Position numbers and translations under genes: made by a program | NCBI GenBank assembly: GCA_000002445.1 | Contig: AE017150.2 | Location: 1 to 64,000, forward strand | Origin: Trypanosoma brucei | Taxonomy: Eukaryota | Direction: 5' to 3' | Length of the DNA stretch: 64,000 nt | Notes under the pieces: generated by a model | Database searches by the model: none | Told to the model about the DNA's origin: nothing | The model's input: the letters and a program-made list of their open reading frames with translations, nothing else | Part shown: in pieces, positions 23,830 through 35,797 of the stretch | How the letters are laid out: each line of letters opens with the position of its first letter | Numbering within the stretch: position 1 is the stretch's first letter

Positions 23830-24570
23830 ACTGCGGAATACTGAAAGAGTTATATGGCCAACCCTTCTGCGAGGTGAGCACAGCAATCTCTAAATTACCG
23901 TGACGAGGCAGTGGGTCGCACAAGTCAAAAGGCGTGTGACTGACATTCACCTCCTCTTCTGTCCACAACTCGGGTTTGCCGTCACAATTACCCACTACCT
24001 TCATGCCAAGAGGTAAATCATTGTGACCCGACTCCACATAACCCCATGTCGCATTGTATATGGATTCATATACTCCTTTCAGTTCTGCACCACCAGCTGT
24101 TTGGTCAGCTCGTTCCCTTGCCTCTTTGGCAGTATCCAATGCCGCATCCAGCATTGCTCTCGCCCTGGGACCAACAAATTCCCTTATTTGCGCTTTTGCC
24201 ATCTCCTCCCATTGCTGCATGTCTTAAATTCTATTACTAGGAAGGTAAATAACTGCCCTCAGTAATTGAAACTCGTCAGTATCCTGTATATCCTCAAGAA
24301 TCTCGGCATCAACATTAATATATCTTCTGAGATTATTAACAAACACATCCATGGACACATTAACTGTGTCATACGTGTTTGAGGAAAACTGATTCAAAAA
24401 GTCATGCAGTTTTATTTCATCCAAACCCGCATAATCTTCCAGCAGCACATTTTCAATAGAGTTGTTAATTGATCAAGTTGGCCCTTTTTCGCCTCCACGC
24501 AGTCAATTCAAAAAATATATTGCCGCATGCAACCTATTACTATGGAAACGCCTTATTGAATTCCACACTT
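23780..24570 (-). pseudogene. RHS: RHS pseudogene: N-terminal ~230 codons only, with a premature TGA, truncated upstream of the P-loop at the retroelement hot-spot region
   Basis: ORFs 24224..24448 and 23795..24220 (-) match intact RHS N-termini (LLEDYAGL..., IREFVGPRARA..., LEIAVLTSQKGWPYNSFSIP). GPTW is replaced by GPT* (tgg to tga, ~24480). Nucleotide homology to the 35798 copy continues down to ~23785 and then stops. Confidence 0.75.
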
Positions 24571-25547
24571 CTGAAAACTTGCCCCCTGATTCTTCACAAG
24601 CTTGCGATAAAAGCATAAACAAAAATAGAATCAGAAACAGAGACAGAGACAGTTTACACTGTAGAAAAGGACACCACAGTGAGTCACTCATTCTAGGAAG
24701 ATAATCACAAAAGCGAACACCCTCAAAAAGACAGCTCAGCGCCATAAAGCAGAACCTACTTACTACTAATAAGGAGTTGTGCCCCTTCCCTGCCAGTAAA
24801 GACACAACATTCCCCAACAAACACAGTGGAAGATCACAAGACTTATGACCCCTCCATGCTAACCTAAACAAGACAGCGCGAATCACAATTGCATGCAATG
24901 CGCTAAGAACCCAAAACGGTTCCGCACATTTGCCTCTGAGGATCCCTACTCAATCGCACCCCTACGCGGGAATCAATATTCTGCCTGTCACAAAATAACA
25001 CAGCGGACAGCAGAAGGAAAGGGGGAAAATAAAGAAACCCATCACAACACATAAGGATTTTAATGGGAACTTAAAGGAAACCTTCTAGATGAGAATGCTA
25101 ACACCCATACCACAACAGTGCTCACAATCCTCTTGTATATCAGTGTTTAATTAGTTTTTCACAAAATGATTTGATAATCGTATCGATTCAAGGAATAAAA
25201 AAAATGTAAATGATAAGACACGACGCAACAAGCTGCCACATTGCCATTAATGGATGTATGTAATACCATTGTTACTATCCATTTCATTGTGACAACACAT
25301 GCAAAATACAATCGATACCACGGATTTCGTACGCCTTCCGTCGTGCGGTGAATCGCAGAGTGGATGTAAACAGTTGCGAAAGGATTACACCAACGCAACT
25401 GCAAGTTCGTTATGCTGCCAGGAACCTGTCCAGGATATATGATGAGTGAACTCCATTACCCAGACAAAAAATGTGACGCCTCCTCTTGCCCTTTCATTCG
25501 TTCTTCACAGTGTTTACCTCGTTGTTGGCTTGCCTGAGGTTCGTCAA

Positions 25548-27572
25548 TTACCTTCGGCCCACAGCAGCCACCGCAAGCATTTTGGTAACTATGTTATCCT
25601 CATACTGCACATGGTACTGCTGCACATTGTTCTTCCAGAATCCCTCCACAAACTGGTGACTGCGGTGCTTTGCCTTACCCTGTGTAATTTCACACTTCTG
25701 CTCAGACCTCATCGCTGTGGATTCGAAGTGCTGAACGTAAATGATTTCCCAGTGAAACATCTCAGTAATTTCCTTCAACTGCTCAACGGTAGCCTCATTC
25801 TGGTGACCACCCCCCTCCGCAGTTGGCAAGAGGGATTGTAACAAATGAATGAATTCGTCGGTTGCTGTGTCATGGCTGCTGGCAACAGTAAACTGCAACA
25901 ACACAATAGTTTTCTTCCCTATGGTTCCTGAAGCCTGTGCAGCCTGCTTTTCATCAACAATAAAGAATGCATCCGCTACGGGGTAGTTGGGAATGCATGG
26001 CACATATAATTCCACCGGAGCCCCCTTCGACTCAGCCCAGTTGATGTCACCTGACACTGTGTTTGGTCGACAAGCATTGAGGAGGTCATCCCTTACGTGT
26101 TGCAAAATGCTTTTGCGTGTCCTCGTGCGCCTGGCCCTTTCATTTGCTGGAAGTTTCGTTATTAGGCTTACGAAGCAAGTTAACACTCTGGGGGAACACA
26201 AATATTTAATTGCATTCTTCTCAAAATAATGCCCGGTGACAGATGCGTCCCGCGTCATACCAGACACCAGTGCCCACTCCTCAGCAATGCCGGAAAACAC
26301 TACATTCAAAATTCTTTTCTTTATAGATTCAGAGTGAGGTACGCATATGTATATCTCACTATTGTTTCTCCCACAGGCACGAACAATCTTCACGAGTTTG
26401 TGAGACGCGTCACTTTCTCTCCATTCGCCTTTGTTACCCACCACGCCAATATAGAGTTCACGCCGCTTATGGGACTTGATGGAATTTATTTCATTGTCTA
26501 TGTCGTCCTCACGCGTGGCATGCTTTGCTTCATCGAACACATAACGAAGTGAAGGTCCAACATGCTCCACACGGTTCTCATACATGTTCCACTTTTCCCT
26601 CAACTCAACAGGCGTGGCTTGAGGAAAAAGCTTGGGTCCCACACGTGAGAAGAAAGCCCGCATTTCACTCATTTCCCAGCAGTTAACAACAATACGTGCA
26701 CATCTTTCCCTCTGCTGGAACCAGCTGTCAAAATTTCTTTCATTAGGTGAACTGATCAAAATGCTTCCCCATTTTGGAGCCACATCTGCCGGTGGCTGCT
26801 CACCTTTGTTGACGAAGTCATAAATAATATAACCACGTGTATTAGATGATATATTCTTCATAAACGTTATAGCCGCTTCTTTACTGTACTCCCTAACTCT
26901 GCCAACGCCACCACCACCAGATTTCTCAAATATATATGCGGCTACACCGCAGAAATACGCAACAATAGGCAACTCTTCCGCATCATAATGCAGTAACTTG
27001 TAGAGGATAAAAGAACCCAAATTCTGAGATTTTCCAATCCCCGGGTTACCAATGGCAAGGTATGATCGTGGAAAATAAAGACATCTTGGCATAACACGTT
27101 GTGTACGCCATAATTCAATTCCATTCCTTACAACATTCCATACACGGAGCTCTTCTCTGCGAATGAATATGTCACTGTTACTTCCCCGGGCAAAGCCTGT
27201 ATATGGCCAACCCATTTCAGACGTAAGAACCAACAGCTCCACTCCTTTAGTGCGTTCCGGCTTCTGTTCAAGAGCTTCCTCAATTTCAGGCACGACATCA
27301 ACTTCCTCATCCTTCCACATCAAACCCTCATTGGGCATTCCATCAACCAACCTCATTCCCAATGTTTGAGTTCCATCGTCGATAATAATATGACTCAATT
27401 TCGCATCATAAATGGTATCGTATAATTTCTCTTCGAGAGACTTGCCCTCTCCGGTTTCTAATGGGTTCTCGTTTTCTCGGCCGGCTTGTCTCTTCATCGG
27501 GCGGTACGCACCATTCAACCATCCATTTAAAATATTCCGAGTATCTCCCACACTACCGCCGTTCTGATTCAT
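25548..27572 (-). CDS. RHS: RHS protein, 674 aa, shorter divergent subfamily
   Basis: ATG confirmed at 27570-27572. P-loop IGNPGIGKS, LVLTSEMGWPYTGF, IFIRREELRVW, WEIIYVQ. N-terminus MNQNGGSVGD lacks the Pro/Ala tract. Own 5'-flank type, shared with the 46167 copy. Confidence 0.85.
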   Translation of the reverse strand: MNQNGGSVGDTRNILNGWLNGAYRPMKRQAGRENENPLETGEGKSLEEKLYDTIYDAKLSHIIIDDGTQTLGMRLVDGMPNEGLMWKDEEVDVVPEIEEALEQKPERTKGVELLVLTSEMGWPYTGFARGSNSDIFIRREELRVWNVVRNGIELWRTQRVMPRCLYFPRSYLAIGNPGIGKSQNLGSFILYKLLHYDAEELPIVAYFCGVAAYIFEKSGGGGVGRVREYSKEAAITFMKNISSNTRGYIIYDFVNKGEQPPADVAPKWGSILISSPNERNFDSWFQQRERCARIVVNCWEMSEMRAFFSRVGPKLFPQATPVELREKWNMYENRVEHVGPSLRYVFDEAKHATREDDIDNEINSIKSHKRRELYIGVVGNKGEWRESDASHKLVKIVRACGRNNSEIYICVPHSESIKKRILNVVFSGIAEEWALVSGMTRDASVTGHYFEKNAIKYLCSPRVLTCFVSLITKLPANERARRTRTRKSILQHVRDDLLNACRPNTVSGDINWAESKGAPVELYVPCIPNYPVADAFFIVDEKQAAQASGTIGKKTIVLLQFTVASSHDTATDEFIHLLQSLLPTAEGGGHQNEATVEQLKEITEMFHWEIIYVQHFESTAMRSEQKCEITQGKAKHRSHQFVEGFWKNNVQQYHVQYEDNIVTKMLAVAAVGRR

Positions 27573-30500
27573 TTCACTCTCCGAATAATAATCTTAACTG
27601 AGTGTGTTGTGTTATTTCCTTTCTTTGTAACATAAATAATGAAAAAAATTAAGATGAGGAAATTTAAAATGGATACGCTTATAAACTAAAGCAAATATAC
27701 AATCAATGAATATTAGGAATTAATATGGCAGATGGAAACTATTTACTAAAATTGAGATTCAATACAAATCTTATCATGTGTTAAGAACTCACAGCAACTT
27801 AAGCACAAATGAGGTATGACAGTATGAATAAACATTTCTGTTTGGAGGAAAGCTCAAACAACAATTCCCATTCATAAAACACAATCATTTCAGAAAAAAT
27901 AATATACTTAGATATATATATGTATGTATTGAAAAGCAAAAAAAATAAATGTGGCATTGCTATGAAAAACAGGAAATAATAGTTTTACTGATAAGCTATG
28001 CAAAACGTAGAATACTCGGTTAAAAGTACTCATGTGCATAATGAAGGCGCTTCACATTAAGAAATAATACAAACAACTATCAGAATTTGCGCATAATCTC
28101 ACATGACCCGTCACTCGGAATGACATTTTGTCATAACTTCCTAATGTGGAAAAACTATTTCTAATGCCAACTCTCACGCTCCGAATCAGTACACAGTGTG
28201 CAAATAAGAGTACGAGATTTAAAAACATATACAATAATAGTCGTCGTAAAAAGTAAAACCAATAAAAATAAAATCTTATACATCAAAGAGGAACCTCTCT
28301 CACCTGACGCACAAATGCTGCTCACTTTCTTTATTCTTTATTTAAGTGATCCTGTTTTTTTTTCTTTTTCTTGCAACCATGGAACCATGAATCTAAGAAA
28401 TATATATATGAAGGCACGAATGATATTTGTTTTGCTTTGGTATTGGAGCATCTTGCCATGCGTCTGCTTTTGTGCCTTGGTGAAACTCAAAGAAACCAAA
28501 GGCTCACGGAAGGGAACAAATATATTTGTGGGAATAATAATTCAACATTAGGCCTCTTTTGAGCAGAGGGCTGAGTGGAATAATGGTGAAAAAGAAGTAT
28601 TGAAAATTTATGCCACATGGACAGATGCTTTACAATGTTTTCTCTCTATCTGAAAATATGGAATATATGGAATATATAAGGAACAAGAAACATAGGGAAT
28701 ATATGAAGTATAAGGAAATATATGATATATTCTGAAGTGCCGGATGTGCTTGTGCGTGTCTTTGTATGTGTTCTCTGCTTTATATATCACTAAATATTTT
28801 ACACATTTCATTTTACTTTGCGTATGCTAATCGCTTGTTTCTCCCTGAATAAATTAGTGTAAATATCCATTGGAGAAATAATAATTTACTTTTTTCTCTT
28901 CCCTTCTCTTCCCTTCCCGCTAATGTTTCACCCGCCTATTTCCATTCCTTCTAAATACTGTAAATTTCTTTTTGTCAATGTAACTATTTCCAAAAAGAAA
29001 AGTGTAAGTAAGAAACTTTAGTATTACATATCATAATATTTCTAAACTCCTTCTGTGTTATGTTATGCTACTAATATTTTTATTCCCATTCATTTTATTC
29101 AGCAGAACATACAAAACCCCCTCAAAAGTCCTTCCTTGTTTTTTTCTTCAACATAATAATATATCTTGTGGAATATACAAATATATAATAACCATAAATG
29201 TGTTATATATCATCACAACACCAGAAGCTATACAACATAATTATGTTCCTCAAGAAGCAGTGGTTGTGTTTCCTTTTATTTTATCTCAGAGTCAAACTAA
29301 TTAATTAATTAATTACTAATAACTTCCTCCAGATATATTGCTTCCATTTTCTTGGATCACTCAGCAGCGTAACACCGGAGTCTTGAAATAAAGAGTCACA
29401 GTTCAAATAATATAAAACAGTAAAAAAAAATTAACAGAGACTCGCACCTTCACAATTGGTTGCATTTGGATACATCAAACATATTTATTCGCCTCCTTGT
29501 GTTTTCTTTGGAGGGTGAGAGTAAATGCAAAATGTATCAAGTTGACGAGTAGCAGAAATACAACACTTGATATAATTTCACTTACATATAAGCTTTCTTT
29601 TCCAACTTTATTCCAAATCATAATATTTTGATAGCAATGTAATGCAGCATTCAGCTATAAACATTTTAACCATAAATACAGTAACTAATATGTGAATGGT
29701 AACCCATGGTGATACATTCCATATGGAACAATACCACATTGTTAAATATATACATCGAATTAAAACTATAGCACTAAATTGAAAATGAAAAATTAGAAGA
29801 GAGAAAGATATGAATTATCAAAAGAGGCATATTATTCACTAACATGCACTTGTTTCAATACAATCATAATTTGAAATTACTTTAAATGATAAGTGACCCA
29901 ATATCCTGAAACGACACAATAACAATGATTTCATTATAGCATCTGTAAAATAATGATATGCAATAAAATAAATAATAAAAATAAATTAAAATACAGCAAG
30001 CAGTGCAGAATATATTCTATTGCTATATATAAACATTTGCCAACAGATGAATACCTTTACGCATTGGAAGAAAATAATTAAATTCAAACTTCCAATGATT
30101 CTGCCCAGTGTTTGTCGGCTACATGTGGGACTCAAAAAAAAACAAAAATTTATTTTAAATAAACATGAAAAAAAGAAAAACTTCGCATGAAACCATAAGG
30201 GTACCCCTGTGAGTTATTCGCTACTGTCAAACATAGTTAACTTCACAACCCTCAAGAAAGAAAGAATTAAATAATAAAAGTAAAAGTAAAATTTCAAGTT
30301 AAAAAAATAAAAATAAAAATTAAGGAAATATAACATAATTATGCTTAACTAACTGTAATGTGAGGAATGTAAAAATAACAAAATGTTACTCACAATTTAA
30401 TGTTATCAATGTTTTCCTTCACAAACAAAAACTGTCACATCTCAATGTGTTCCTTCAAATTAATGTAAAGGAACCAGATATGTTTGTATAATATTCTACA

Positions 30501-31014
30501 ATGTCATTTGGCATTGTCTGATGCTCACTCAAAAAAAAAAACTTATTCGTTTTGTTGCGATGTAGCTGTTGACAGTGTTGTGCTCTTTTTTTTTTATTTT
30601 ATTTTTTTTAACATACCGCTCCGCACTTCCGTAATCCCTTCAATATTCTTGCAGTTCCCATCATAAAAGATACAAAAGAAATCCATCAAAATAAAGTAAC
30701 TGAAGTCCAAGATGCTGTAGATCGCAATGTATTTATTTTGAATAATGGAACCCTGTGATATCAAAGACAATCATCTGCAATGAATAAACTGAAACATTCA
30801 CTGACTCATGCCACTAAAATAATAATTAAATTGTTAAACACATGTTCCCATCGTGTGGTAAGTAATTCAAACAATTCTGTGACCACATGAAATACTCGAC
30901 GAAAAAGGAAACGTATACAATGCATAAGCCATTAGTAAAGTATAAATACAGTTTTTGGTATCGAATCCATCATATGTTACAAAGTTGCATTTCATTAACA
31001 CACAAGAGCACAAT

Positions 31015-32759
31015 TTAACTCATCATCATATTTCGAATCATCAGTGAAAGAGCTTGGCAACTGTATGATTCGATAACTCCAACATTTGCCTTCACTCTTA
31101 CAACCTTCACTAACTTGTCCGTAACTTCATTGTTCTTCCAGGCAGCCGTATGCTCAATAATATCATTATAGGAATATTCATCCGACTTCTTCATAGTTTC
31201 CAGCGCATCATGCACTCTTTTCAGACGCCATTCATAACAGCTTAAACAAAATATATATAACGAGGCAAAAGCCCAATTGGATTAATACGTCCCTCCACTA
31301 TTCTCCACTCATCTTCCATTTCCTTCCTCAATTCGTATCTTCTTCTGTTGGATACCTTTTCCCTTGTATGTATTGACAGTTTTTTCCATGCCACAAATGC
31401 CTTCATGTCACGCACATCATCGCAGTTTATAATAATTTGGCGGCCTCCCGTATTTGTAGTCCAGTCATCAAAGTGGGAACTATTCGGGGAAGTGAAAATA
31501 GTTACACTCCAAACATCAGAGGGAAGTTGAGTGTAAAGGTGCTGCATTGCGTACCTTATGTCCATAATAATGTGTCCTCTGTTTTCAAATTTCATTTTAT
31601 TTATGGCGTTGACCGCAGCTCTCAAATATTCGTACCGCACAACCCTCCCTCTTTCATCACCCTTTCTGTTATATATTAAGTAGGCGATCGTGTCTGTGAA
31701 ATATGCAACAACATCAAGCATTCCTTCATGGAAGTGAAGCAATGAATGAAGTAAAAATGATCCAAGGCCACATGATTTACCAATACCAGGTGTACCAATA
31801 ATAATATGTATCGGTGGGCCCTCAGCTGTTGCTTCCACCCACCATGCTTTCAGACCTCGTTGGATTATATACCACACGCGCATAATTTCACGACGGATAT
31901 ATACATGTTTAAATACTGCTTTGTGCCCCGTAGTGTAATCCAATGCAAACCTGTTGTATGGCCAACCCTTCTCCGAAGTGAGAACAAAAATCTCTAAACC
32001 ATTGGGTCTCTCCTCAATCTCTGCATCTACATCCGCAGGTTCAGGACTTACATCCACCTCCGCTTCGGTCCAAATCCGCTGTGGTTTTCCATCGAATATC
32101 TTCATTCCAAATGGCTCTTCATCATAACCCGACATCACATAACTCCATTTTGCATTATAAATGGAATCATAAGCGCCTTCAACTTCAACAGCACCATCAG
32201 CTGTTTGGGCAGCTCGTTTCCTTGCTTCTTTGGCAATGCGCAGTGCCCTGTCCAACTTTGTCGCTGCCACGGGACCAACAAATTCCCTTATTTGCGCTGT
32301 TGCATTTTCTTCCCATTGGTGAATGTCTTCAATCCTATTACGAGGCAGATAAATAACTGCCCTCAGTAATTGAAACTCATCAAGCCCCCGTACCCTTCCT
32401 AGAAGCCTGGCATTCACAATATAATCCTCCGGGCTCTGAACAAAAATGGGCATCCTAACATTTTCTGCTTCAGCCACCGCAAAAGTCCCGCCAACGAACT
32501 CCTGAATAAAGTCGTTCACTGTCATTTTACGCAAACCCGCATAGCGTTGCAGCAACACATCCCTCACCTTACTATTCATCGTCCATGTTAGTCCCCCTTC
32601 AGTTCTCTGCCGTATTTGTGGAGGCTGAGCAGCAGCAGCAGCAGGAGGCGGCGGTACATTTTCATCCCGTGGCCTCCTCACTGCTGCTCCAAAATTACCT
32701 GCCACTTGTTGGTTTGCATTATTTCTTCGTCGACCCCCACCTCTTCGACGTCTTGACAT
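31015..32759 (-). pseudogene. RHS: RHS pseudogene: frameshifted and C-terminally truncated mosaic copy
   Basis: 505-aa ORF 31242..32759 has an N-terminus like the 1683 copy (MSRRRRGGGRRRNNANQQVAGNFGAAVRRPRDENVPPPP) but a core like the 46167 copy (IIGTPGIGKSCGLGSFLLHSLLHF...DVVAYFTD). After a frameshift, ORF 31015..31215 continues ...KLVKVVRVKANVGVIESYSCQALSL, which is RHS-like, then ends. About 270 C-terminal codons are missing. Confidence 0.8.
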
Positions 32760-35000
32760 AACTCTTTTAATATTATTAACTTAACTTCCTTTCCTTTCCT
32801 TTTTTCTCTGAAATTATAAATAACTGAAGTAAAGTAACATATGAGGAAAAAAAAATAGCGTGTGCACAGTGTAACATAATATCAAATGTAATAGAGCAAG
32901 ATAATGTTTATTCACTATCATTTGTATAATATGATATCATAGCGCATTTGGTATTGAGAGGAACAATTTCAAAATATAGCAGCTGTAAATAAATTATTTC
33001 CCTTGCTTCATCATTATGTGCTAAATATAATTAATTTCCTGTATCATTCTTTCTAAACCATATATAATACGGAAAAAAAAATATTACTGCCTCATATACC
33101 TGCATAAGCACTTCGTATATATAATCAATATTTAAAGAGAGTCAAATTCTATCAATTAAAATCAAGTAAAACAAAAAACAAAAAATTTATGGATATTAAT
33201 GAAGCGAAGAAATAGAGTATCGGCACAACACATAGGGATATATACACACATGAATACGCACTACACAACTGTTCCACTGGAGTTTCCTCACTTCTGTCAA
33301 TACGTAATATTCACTTGCATTGAATAAACTCATTGAAATATAAATCACTTATCCCCTCCCCCGTGTATTCACTTACTTCCAAAGAAGAATATTAAATAAT
33401 GTCTGTAGGACAGGTAAAAAAGAAACTGATACTCTATTTTGCATCAGATAACCAAAAGGTATTTCTGTTTACTTTGATTATAAACAAAAACATCATTTTG
33501 CTCTCAGTAGAAATAAAATTTAATTACTTGCCTACTCACTGTTCACAACCATCAACAACTAATTCAGCCCCACAAATTCACATGAATCTGATGTGCCATC
33601 GTTGTTGGATTCATTCACACACCTTTTATGATGGTGATTATACAACATATTGTAAATAATTGAAATAAAATTAATACAATTAATTGAGGAAACCGTAAAA
33701 GATTATCATAACATATCTTTTATTTTCCCTCCTTTCATTTACACAAATTAAATATGTAATGATACAATTCCCTTTCAGTGTGTGTCCTCACTTATTGTAT
33801 CATCATTGTAAGTTTCCTATTGCTCATATACACAAAGCTATTGGAATAACAAAAAATAAAACAACACATCTAAACAACTTGAAATAATATATAACAAATA
33901 AAGGTAAAAAAGAGAATGAGCGTGAACTGACAGATAATAAAATGAAACACGTCTCGCACTTCCCTTATAAATATTCAATAGTTGGCGGATTACAAATAAA
34001 AACAATTACATAATATAGAAAAGAAGAGATATAATTACATTATACACCTGCATGTGGATATGTAACAGCGAGTCATAGTAGAAATAAATTGGCTAAACAC
34101 AATAGTTATGGAAGATAACATAATTCAAAATATTAAAAATATTATTCTATCAACATTCCCTTCCTTCTCCATTAAGTTTTCAAATGGTTTCAAATAATAA
34201 TTCACATAATCTCATACATATGTTATGATGGGTTTTGCATGCAGTACAATTTAAAGGAAGTGTAGCTCATATAACATTTTCAAAAATAGGTATTGAATGA
34301 CTGTTTGCTACCATCAATTACATTTCCAATGCCTAATTACACTTTTATATGCATGAAGGAAGTTACTGATCATAACTTTGACATGCTCGAGAATCCATAA
34401 CACAAAGCGACAGCTGCATGCAATTAAAAATAAAAATATAAATAACATCCGAATTCATTTACTGACAGATGAGTGCAAGTCATTCACCCAAACTTCATAG
34501 CTGCAAATATAAACTCGCTGCTGCCAATAGGAAATAATCCCGCATAAATATTGAGTATCTGAAAATGATAGCAACGGGTTTCCATTATTGAAATATATAC
34601 ATAAACTACATGAGGTATATGAAGCCATATTGGTAAAGTGTCACTACGCATGTTGCAATTTACTATCAAAAGTGTCTGCCTTATTTTATTTCTTGTGTTA
34701 CTTTAACTCATGAGTATTATTCATTATTCTTTACAATACAACTGTAAGTCATTTTGCATTTTTTTATATTTTCTTATTCTCTCATACTGGAAGTATTCCA
34801 CATATGAGATTCCTCAATATCGTTCACAAAATAAAAATAATTTTATTTACTTCTGCATTCAGTTTCTCGTGTAGCAGTGTGTACACTAATCATCCATAAA
34901 GTTTTTAATTTGCCAAATACATCATTACGAAACTATTTTCATACACAAACACAAACACATACAAATAAACAACCAAACATTTTTAAATGTTGTTGTGAAA
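32760..35000. repeat. RHS 5'-flank repeat, copy 2; runs into the 3' flank of the next RHS
   Basis: Collinear with 4173-6350. After ...cgaaactattttc it switches to cacaaacacaaacacatacaaataaacaacc, as in copy 5. Confidence 0.8.
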
Positions 35001-35797
35001 CGAAAATTGAATCACGGAAAATTGTGGGGCGCACACGTAATGGGCACCATGAATGCCTCTTTGGATATTCCTCTATGGATTTTCACCAGCATCATCAACT
35101 TACTTTTTGTGTAAAAAAATAATAGAAACAAGACAGAACAGAAAAAAGAAATAAAGGTACAAATGCATTAATAAACCCAACTCCTCAGCAGGAAATCAAG
35201 AACAGGAAGCCACGAAAAGCGTATGGCACATATGATTTTCACCTCTCAGTTACTTAAGGTGGATCGCATGATTTACCCACCTTCTAAGAACACACCCTCC
35301 GAGAGGCCCGATTAAAAGAAAAAAAAACGCTATGACGGTTGAAAAGACGTTTTTCATAAACCTTCACTTTATACGTGAGGATGCATGAATAAACAATGAT
35401 AACGATGAGAATGCTAACGGAAACAATGACGAACCGTGAGGATCCTAGAAAAAAAAATAAAATAAAATCATCACGTACCTTCGCAGTAGGGAAACTTAAT
35501 AAATAACAAAATATAAATATTCCCTACACAGAGGTATAGGGAGTGTTCGTCAACTTCGTAATGCTAATCAAAAAGCCTTCAAATGTATCGATCATTCGTG
35601 TAGTCAATCAAATAAGAAGTAACATGTACTACACGCACAAAAGCACACTTATAAAGCCTACAAACCCACTTGCCCCCTTTTAGAGAATACCACTCTCTAG
35701 TCAGTGATAGGAGAGGTGATATTAAAAGTATTCCCTTTATAATTATTTCTGACTCATCAATTCGTTGCAACATAACATAACATGCAAAGATGTTGCA

